From Candidatus Scalinduaceae bacterium (GTDB lineage Bacteria; Planctomycetota; Brocadiia; Brocadiales; Scalinduaceae), in contig JBHICG010000035.1 in NCBI GenBank assembly GCA_046759445.1, forward strand, positions 1 through 34,157: a stretch of DNA of 34,157 nt. Direction: 5' to 3'. This document shows, piece by piece, positions 27,588-34,157 of the stretch. The position numbers and the translations under genes were made by a program. Below the pieces are notes generated by a model. That model worked only from the letters and a program-made list of their open reading frames with translations. It did not search any database and was not told the origin of the DNA. Numbering within the stretch: the first letter of the stretch is position 1; the number at the start of each line of letters is the position of its first letter.

Positions 27588-28106
27588 ATGTTAGAAGGCT
27601 TGTTGTTCATAATAGTAGGTTTAATAGCAGTTATTTGCGCTATTTGCGTAGTCGCCCAAAAGAGTCCTCTATATAGCGGAATCTTTCTGATTCAAACCAT
27701 GGTTTCCCTGGCAGTTTTGTACGTTATGTTACATGCACAATTTGTCGCTGCTATACAAATAATGATATATGCTGGTGCAATAATGGTGCTTTTTATTTTT
27801 GTAATAATGTTGCTTAACCTAAGCAAAGAAGACGTGGAGGCCGGCAGGGATAGGTTAATACTTCATAGGGTCTCTGCCATCTTTTTAGGTATTATTTTGT
27901 TTGCAGTGATTGGAGTTGTAGCGTTGAAAACAACGCTCCTGGGTGCTAAGGGTGAGTATATGCCTGAAAATATAAACCTGATAGGGAATACACAACTTAT
28001 AGGAAAATTACTATTTACGGACTACGTTTTCCCTTTTGAGATTGCTTCTATCTTGTTGTTTGCCGCTATTATTGGTGCTATTGTTTTGGCAAAAAGGGAA
28101 TTTTAG
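27588..28106 (+). CDS. nuoJ: NADH-quinone oxidoreductase subunit J
   Basis: QIMIYAGAIMVLFIFVIMLL, FPFEIASILL. Confidence 0.97.
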   Translation: MLEGLLFIIVGLIAVICAICVVAQKSPLYSGIFLIQTMVSLAVLYVMLHAQFVAAIQIMIYAGAIMVLFIFVIMLLNLSKEDVEAGRDRLILHRVSAIFLGIILFAVIGVVALKTTLLGAKGEYMPENINLIGNTQLIGKLLFTDYVFPFEIASILLFAAIIGAIVLAKREF

Positions 28107-28116
28107 GAAAAAATAA

Positions 28117-28419
28117 ATGATTCCATTATCTTGGTATTTAATATTATCTGGTATTCTCTTTACGATAGGAGTGATAGGTGTTTTAACTAAAAGAAATGCC
28201 ATTGTTATCTTTATGTGCATTGAATTGATGTTAAATGCCGTAAACTTGTCCTTTGTTGCGTTTTCCAGACACTTAAACTCAATGGATGGCCAAATATTTG
28301 TCTTCTTTATAATGACTGTTGCTGCCGCGGAAGCTGCAGTAGGATTGGCAATAATAGTGGCTGTTTTCAGAAATAAGGCCACTGTAAATGTTGATGATGT
28401 AAATTTGATGAAGTGGTAA
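28117..28419 (+). CDS. nuoK: NADH-quinone oxidoreductase subunit K
   Basis: [22 protein letters not shown]. Confidence 0.97.
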   Translation: MIPLSWYLILSGILFTIGVIGVLTKRNAIVIFMCIELMLNAVNLSFVAFSRHLNSMDGQIFVFFIMTVAAAEAAVGLAIIVAVFRNKATVNVDDVNLMKW

Positions 28420-28458
28420 TGTGATAAATAAAGTACAAATTTTCATTGGAGAATTATT

Positions 28459-30375
28459 TTGGATTTAATCGGTTATGTCTTATTATTCCCCATTATAGGG
28501 ACAATAATAAACGGGCTTCTGGGTAAAAGGCTTAATACGTCAATAGTCGGCATTATAGCGTGCGCTGCAATTGGATTGTCATTTCTTGTGTCAATTATCG
28601 TGTTCTTAGATCTTCTAAAACTACCTCCCGAACACCGACTTATAGAAAAGGAATTTTTTACATGGATTGGTTCTGGCGCATTTAAGGCAGTTGCTGGTTT
28701 GCAGATAGATCCGCTTTCAACAGTGATGATATTGGTTGTTTCGGGTGTTGGGTTTCTCATTCACATATACTCGGTAGGATATATGCACGGTGATGAAGGA
28801 TATTATCGTTATTTTACTTATCTGAACTTGTTTACCTTTTCTATGTTGTTACTGGTGTTGGCGAATAATTTCCTTCTTATGTTTATTGGATGGGAAGGCG
28901 TTGGTTTGTGTTCATACTTGTTGATTGGTTACTGGTTTGAAAAGAAATCGGCATCTGATGCCGGAATGAAGGCCTTTATCGTAAACCGTATCGGGGATTT
29001 TGGTTTTATTCTTGCCATAATGTTGATTTTTGTCACATTCAATACTATAGATTTTACAGATGTCTTTAATGCAGCGCCTGAATATTTACATGTGGGTAGC
29101 TTTGTTGCAACAATGATTACTCTCCTATTGTTTGTGGGAGCTGTTGGGAAATCTGCGCAAATACCCCTTCATACCTGGCTTCCCGATGCAATGGAGGGTC
29201 CTACTCCTGTCAGCGCGCTCATTCACGCTGCAACAATGGTAACGGCTGGTGTATACATGGTTGTAAGATGTAATGTCTTATATATGCTAGCGCCTTTTTC
29301 GCTAACGATTGTGGCCATAATAGGGGGTGTAACTGCATTGTTTGCCGCAACGATTGGCCTTGCGCAGAATGATATTAAAAGGGTTCTTGCGTATTCTACG
29401 GTAAGTCAAATAGGATATATGTTTCTTGCTTGTGGTGTGGGAGCCTTTATAACTGGAATATTTCATCTGGTCACACACGCATTTTTCAAGGCCTTACTCT
29501 TTCTGGGTTCAGGTAGTGTAATTCATGCATTAGGTGGTGAGCAGGATATGAGAAAGATGGGCGGGTTAAGACCGCATCTACCAACAACATATAAGACATT
29601 TCTGATTGGCACTCTGGCAATAGCAGGGATACCACCATTTGCAGGATTCTTTAGTAAAGATGAAATATTGCTTGAGGCGTTTACCAAGGGGAATTTGATT
29701 TACTGGTGTTTGGGAGCTTTTGCGGCAATTTTAACGGCCTTTTATATGTTCAGACTGCTTTTTATGACTTTCCATGGAAAATCAAATATGGACAAACATG
29801 TGGAAGAGCACGTCCATGAATCACCTATGAATATATTAATACCATTACTGGTTCTTGCCTTTCTTTCCATAGTAGGTGGATTTCTTGGCTTTCCAGCAGC
29901 AAGTGCCATAAACGATTTTATGGCGCCGGTCATTGGAGGTGGCGCACATGGAATGGTTGATGGTGGTGAAGTGCATCACGTTTCTAACAGTCTTATGTTT
30001 TCAATGATGGCAATTTCAACTGCTATTGCATTAGTGGGTATATTTCTGGCATACTTGATGTACATAAAAAAACCTGATTTGCCAGCAAAAATAGTTGAGA
30101 AGTTTAAGTTAATTTATAACATAATCTTCAATAAATATTATGTTGATGAAATATATGATGCGGCAATCGTAAATCCTACCGTAAAGAGTTCCTTTTTTCT
30201 TTGGAAAATAGTCGATGTGAGGATTATTGATGGTTCTGTAAACGGAGTTGCCAGGATTGTTGAATTTATAAGCAAAGTATTAAGGCTTTTCCAGACTGGG
30301 TATGTGCGTAGCTATGCATTGTCGATGTTGCTCGGAGGAGTTATCATAATAGTTTGTTCATTGTTATTTTTATAA
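28459..30375 (+). CDS. nuoL: NADH-quinone oxidoreductase subunit L
   Basis: TTG start with GGAG RBS; GWEGVGLCSY, KSAQIPLHTWLPDAMEGPTPVSALIHAATMV, HAFFKALLF. Confidence 0.97.
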   Translation: MDLIGYVLLFPIIGTIINGLLGKRLNTSIVGIIACAAIGLSFLVSIIVFLDLLKLPPEHRLIEKEFFTWIGSGAFKAVAGLQIDPLSTVMILVVSGVGFLIHIYSVGYMHGDEGYYRYFTYLNLFTFSMLLLVLANNFLLMFIGWEGVGLCSYLLIGYWFEKKSASDAGMKAFIVNRIGDFGFILAIMLIFVTFNTIDFTDVFNAAPEYLHVGSFVATMITLLLFVGAVGKSAQIPLHTWLPDAMEGPTPVSALIHAATMVTAGVYMVVRCNVLYMLAPFSLTIVAIIGGVTALFAATIGLAQNDIKRVLAYSTVSQIGYMFLACGVGAFITGIFHLVTHAFFKALLFLGSGSVIHALGGEQDMRKMGGLRPHLPTTYKTFLIGTLAIAGIPPFAGFFSKDEILLEAFTKGNLIYWCLGAFAAILTAFYMFRLLFMTFHGKSNMDKHVEEHVHESPMNILIPLLVLAFLSIVGGFLGFPAASAINDFMAPVIGGGAHGMVDGGEVHHVSNSLMFSMMAISTAIALVGIFLAYLMYIKKPDLPAKIVEKFKLIYNIIFNKYYVDEIYDAAIVNPTVKSSFFLWKIVDVRIIDGSVNGVARIVEFISKVLRLFQTGYVRSYALSMLLGGVIIIVCSLLFL

Positions 30376-30383
30376 ATTAGTAT

Positions 30384-30666
30384 CTGTTGCGGAAACGCGG
30401 TTTTGTCATCCTGAACTTGTTTCAGGATCTCTTAACATATTGATACATATAAATTCTGACCCCCATAGCCCCGCATCTTGCTTTCAGCAAGAAAGCAGCG
30501 GGGCTAGGAATGGGGGCAGAATGACACGTTCGGGGATTCAGGGTGTAGTTTCTACTCGCAGAGTAGAATTACCTAAGCAATGCCGCTGTTGCGGAATTTC
30601 CAATGGTATTATACTATCTGTCATTCCCGTGGTAATGCCCGCATGGTAAGCAAACAGGGAATCTAG
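30384..30666. repeat. Composite REP/MITE-like cluster in the nuoL-nuoM spacer
   Basis: CTGTTGCGGAA at 30384 and 30586; TGTCATCCTGAACTTGTTTCAGGATCT 30404-30430; nested hairpin 30453-30526 ending ATGACA; TTCTACTC/GAGTAGAA 30550-30568; TGTCATTCCC...GGGAATCTAG 30619-30666. Confidence 0.8.
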
Positions 30667-30790
30667 ATTTCAAGATTCGTGGTGCTACAAAAGTGACAAG
30701 AGCATTTTGATTTGTATAATGAAATACAGGTAAAAAAAATATTTTATTTTTCGTGTAAACATTCGATAAGCCCGTTAAAACAATAAATAT

Positions 30791-32362
30791 ATGAACTTAC
30801 CAATACTTACTATAGCTACGTTTTTGCCACTGTTAGGAGCAATATGGCTTCTTTTTGTAGATAGAGGAAAAGAAGAAGAGATCAAGCGTATTGCCCTTGT
30901 TACTGCCATTGTCGGTTTCTTAATATCATTACCCTTATTCTTCAAATTCAATTTAAATACACATGAATTTCAATTTGTAGAAAAGGTTCCGTGGATAAAG
31001 GAATTTGGAATAAGTTACTATGTAGGTATTGATGGTATAAGTCTTTTTCTGTATCTCCTCACAAGCTTCCTTACAGTCATCTCAATCCTGGCATCATGGA
31101 CCATAAAGGATAGAATCAAAGAATATATGATTTCCATGCTTGTTTTGGAAACAGGGATGTTGGGAGTTTTCATCTCTCTTGATTTGTTCTTGTTTTATGT
31201 ATTCTGGGAGGTAATGCTTATCCCGATGTACCTGTTGATAGGTGTATGGGGTGGGCCGAGAAAGATTTATGCTACCATAAAGTTTTTTATATATACTATG
31301 GCCGGGAGTGTCTTGATGCTGCTTGCCATATTGGTGATTTATTTTATGAATTACAGGGTCACAGGTGAATACACGTTTGATTTACTGAAGATTTATAATC
31401 TTGACATACCTATGGGGGCCCAGTTCTGGCTCTTTTTAGCATTCTTTTTTGCCTTCGCCATTAAGGTTCCAATGTTTCCATTTCATACGTGGTTACCTGA
31501 TGCACACGTAGAGGCGCCTACTGCCGGAAGCGTTATTTTGGCAGGAGTATTGTTGAAAATGGGCACTTATGGTTTTGTCCGCTTCAGTTTACCACTGTTC
31601 CCATATGCAAGTCATCAGTTTGTACCTGTAATTGCATGGTTGGCTATCGTTGGAATCATATATGGTGCACTTGTAGCAATGGTACAGGAAGATCTCAAAA
31701 AATTAGTCGCCTATTCCAGTGTAAGCCATTTGGGTTTTGTGATGCTCGGTATATTTGTTTTTAATATACAGGGGATGGAGGGCAGCATTCTTCAGATGAT
31801 TAATCATGGCCTGAGCACTGGCGCATTGTTCTTGCTTGTCGGAATGATATATGAAAGAAGACATACCAGGATGATTGTCGATTTTGGTGGTCTGACAAAA
31901 CAAATACCAATATTTGCAGTCTTTTTTATGATAATGACACTATCTTCGATAGGGTTACCTGGCCTTAACGGTTTTGTAGGTGAGTTCTTAGTACTGGTCG
32001 GAGTATTTAAGTCTAATGTTATTTATGCTACTTTAGCAACTACCGGTGTTATATTGTCGGCATGTTACATGCTCTGGATGTTCCAGAGAGTTATGTTTAA
32101 TAAACTTTCTAATCCTGAAAATCAAAAACTTTCAGACCTGAATAAACGTGAATGGGCAGTATTATTGCCAATTACTATACTTGTTTTTTGGATTGGTATT
32201 TATCCAAAACCTATCATTTCCAGAATGGATGCGTCTGTAAATCACCTCTTAACGCAGGTGGATGAGAAATATAAAATAACCTTAAACCGGATTGAAAAGG
32301 ATAAAGCTAAATACGCACTTAGAAACGAGACAGCAACACTTACTCAATATCAAGAGGATTGA
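30791..32362 (+). CDS. nuoM: NADH-quinone oxidoreductase subunit M
   Basis: [56 protein letters not shown]. Confidence 0.97.
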   Translation: MNLPILTIATFLPLLGAIWLLFVDRGKEEEIKRIALVTAIVGFLISLPLFFKFNLNTHEFQFVEKVPWIKEFGISYYVGIDGISLFLYLLTSFLTVISILASWTIKDRIKEYMISMLVLETGMLGVFISLDLFLFYVFWEVMLIPMYLLIGVWGGPRKIYATIKFFIYTMAGSVLMLLAILVIYFMNYRVTGEYTFDLLKIYNLDIPMGAQFWLFLAFFFAFAIKVPMFPFHTWLPDAHVEAPTAGSVILAGVLLKMGTYGFVRFSLPLFPYASHQFVPVIAWLAIVGIIYGALVAMVQEDLKKLVAYSSVSHLGFVMLGIFVFNIQGMEGSILQMINHGLSTGALFLLVGMIYERRHTRMIVDFGGLTKQIPIFAVFFMIMTLSSIGLPGLNGFVGEFLVLVGVFKSNVIYATLATTGVILSACYMLWMFQRVMFNKLSNPENQKLSDLNKREWAVLLPITILVFWIGIYPKPIISRMDASVNHLLTQVDEKYKITLNRIEKDKAKYALRNETATLTQYQED

Positions 32363-32374
32363 AAAAGATGTAGC

Positions 32375-32407
32375 GAAGGCGTGCAATCATAGATTGCCTA
32401 AGCCTTC
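32375..32407. repeat. Small hairpin (possible degenerate GTAG-type REP) in the nuoM-nuoN spacer
   Basis: GAAGGC-GT-GCAATC-ATA-GATTGC-CTAA-GCCTTC, preceded by GTAGC. Confidence 0.45.
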
Positions 32408-32422
32408 CATAATCGAAATATT

Positions 32423-33874
32423 ATGGAAATAACAATACCACCATTTGATTTTAAAAGTATTACACCAATTCTTATTATAACCATCACCGGCTTATTGGTA
32501 CTCATTGCAGATGTGTTTTTCAAGAGGGCCTTAAGGGACAAGCTGGCATACTTAAGCTTAATTGGTATTATTATAACGGGTCTTGTTCTTTTTACTCAAA
32601 TAGGTACAACCGTATACTCGTTCAGTGACACATTTGTTGTAGATAATTTCTCCATATTTTTTAATTTTATATTTCTGATTAGTACGGCCATCGTTATCCT
32701 TATGTCAGTGAGCTATATAAAACAGGAAGATATTAACTATGGAGAATACTATACCCTGATATTGTTTGCTACAATGGGCATGATGCTGATGGCAGGCGGT
32801 TCAGACTTAATTACGATATTTCTGGGACTTGAAATAATGTCCATTTCGCTTTATGTGCTGGCGGGTTTCAGGCGTAAACGAATTGATTCTAATGAGGCGG
32901 CTTTGAAATATTTTTTGCTGGGAGCCTTTGCCACAGGCTTTCTTCTCTACGGCATTGCAATGTTATATGGGGCGACAGGTACTACGAATGTCAAAGAGAT
33001 TGCAATGTTTCTGGCAAACAATCCGCCACTATCAAATCCTATGGTTATTACGGGGACTGCCCTGCTTATTATAGGTTTTGGATTTAAGGTTGCTACTGTG
33101 CCATTTCATAAGTGGACTCCCGATGTTTACGAAGGAGCGCCCACGGCAATTACGGCATTTTTGTCTGTAGGGCCAAAGGCCGCTGCATTTGCGGCATTCC
33201 TCAGGGTATTTTTAGTATCACTGTCTGGTTTAGAGCAAAAGTGGTCCATAATCTTGTGGGTGCTGGCGGTCCTTACGATGACGGTTGGAAATGTTGTTGC
33301 CATTGCTCAAACCAACATAAAAAGGATGCTGGCATATTCCAGTATAGCTCATGCCGGTTATGCGCTTATTGCTATTGTTGTTGCAAATAGTTTTGGAACT
33401 GCAAGCATGCTCTTCTATATGTTAGCTTATACTTTTATGAATCTGGGAGCATTTGCCGTAGTAATCGTACTCGGGAAGAAAGGGGAGGAAAACGTTATGA
33501 TTGATGACTACAGTGGTCTCGGCTACAAACATCCTCTTTTAGCAATAACAATGAGTATCTTTATGTTTTCCCTGGCCGGCATACCTCCATTAGCGGGGTT
33601 TGTAGGGAAATTTTACATCTTTAGCGCTGCCATCAAATCGGGCTTTATTGTCCTGGCTGTTATAGGGGTGATTAATAGTGTTGTTTCAGTCTATTATTAT
33701 TTAAGAGTTACAGTTGTCATGTACATGAAACAACCTGTGCGCGAATTTGCACCGCTTTCACTCACACCGTTTATGATTGTTGCCCTCATAATATCAATCT
33801 GGGGTACTATCCATCTGGGCATATTTCCTGCAAGGATAATAGATTTCGCCCAAAAATCTACACTTCTATATTAA
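32423..33874 (+). CDS. nuoN: NADH-quinone oxidoreductase subunit N
   Basis: EAALKYFLLG, FKVATVPFHKWTPDVYEGAPT, KRMLAYSSIAH, SLAGIPPLAGFVGKF. Confidence 0.97.
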   Translation: MEITIPPFDFKSITPILIITITGLLVLIADVFFKRALRDKLAYLSLIGIIITGLVLFTQIGTTVYSFSDTFVVDNFSIFFNFIFLISTAIVILMSVSYIKQEDINYGEYYTLILFATMGMMLMAGGSDLITIFLGLEIMSISLYVLAGFRRKRIDSNEAALKYFLLGAFATGFLLYGIAMLYGATGTTNVKEIAMFLANNPPLSNPMVITGTALLIIGFGFKVATVPFHKWTPDVYEGAPTAITAFLSVGPKAAAFAAFLRVFLVSLSGLEQKWSIILWVLAVLTMTVGNVVAIAQTNIKRMLAYSSIAHAGYALIAIVVANSFGTASMLFYMLAYTFMNLGAFAVVIVLGKKGEENVMIDDYSGLGYKHPLLAITMSIFMFSLAGIPPLAGFVGKFYIFSAAIKSGFIVLAVIGVINSVVSVYYYLRVTVVMYMKQPVREFAPLSLTPFMIVALIISIWGTIHLGIFPARIIDFAQKSTLLY

Positions 33875-33915
33875 AACACCACATAATTTTTCCAGACATT
33901 CATAAGAGAATTATC

Positions 33916-33944
33916 TTGACGAGAGATTTTACTGAATATACTAT
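33916..33944 (+). promoter_or_regulatory. Putative sigma70 promoter for a downstream unit
   Basis: TTGACG-N17-TACTAT. Confidence 0.4.
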
Positions 33945-34157
33945 TCCATTCGTGTTTTCGGAAATATAGAAGGTTCAAACTAGAAGACTTACCCGGATAA
34001 ATATCAACGATTGTTGATTTGCCTTTTCGAGGAGACATATTGAAAATTGCTTTAAAGTAATATAAGCCATGACTATGATATTGGAAATATACAGATGCTG
34101 TATATTTCTAATATTATAGAAGCTGTATATTTAACTGTTGAACGAAACCGCTTACGC

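Noticed and set aside
30440..30649. 69-aa ORF in the nuoL-nuoM spacer
   Set aside because: Built from palindromic repeats; TTG start without RBS
13504..30666. CRISPR array interpretation of the palindromic repeats
   Set aside because: Repeats are dispersed or inverted, with no regular spacers and no cas genes
34003..34018. ATCAAC-GATT-GTTGAT palindrome as an FNR box
   Set aside because: Half-sites are inverted relative to TTGAT-N4-ATCAA and the target gene is outside the window

Overview
AT-rich bacterial chromosomal region. Gene content and style suggest an anaerobic diderm, most plausibly an anammox planctomycete (Ca. Brocadiales/Scalindua-like); this taxonomy is an inference. Left arm (minus strand): a type IV pilus/T2SS motor cluster (two tandem PilB/GspE ATPases plus PilC/GspF) preceded by a stand-alone MshEN-type (c-di-GMP-binding) microprotein, a small hypothetical and an exported cyclase-family hydrolase. 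Middle (mostly plus strand): cupin-SHOCT lipoprotein, surE, CPBP protease-lpxD-lpxI, a MITE, ktrB/trkH-ktrA/trkA, an orphan parA and ltaE. Right half: a complete 14-subunit nuoA-N complex I operon with an atypical input module. NuoEF carry HydBC-type electron-bifurcation signatures and extra 2x[4Fe-4S] clusters. NuoF has a Glu->Ser change predicting NADP(H) use. NuoG is a catalytically disarmed formate-dehydrogenase-like subunit. A tandem desulforedoxin (2x CxxC...CC) gene sits between nuoG and nuoH. Several intergenic spacers hold REP/MITE-like palindromic repeats of at least two families. No rRNA, tRNA or CRISPR array was seen.
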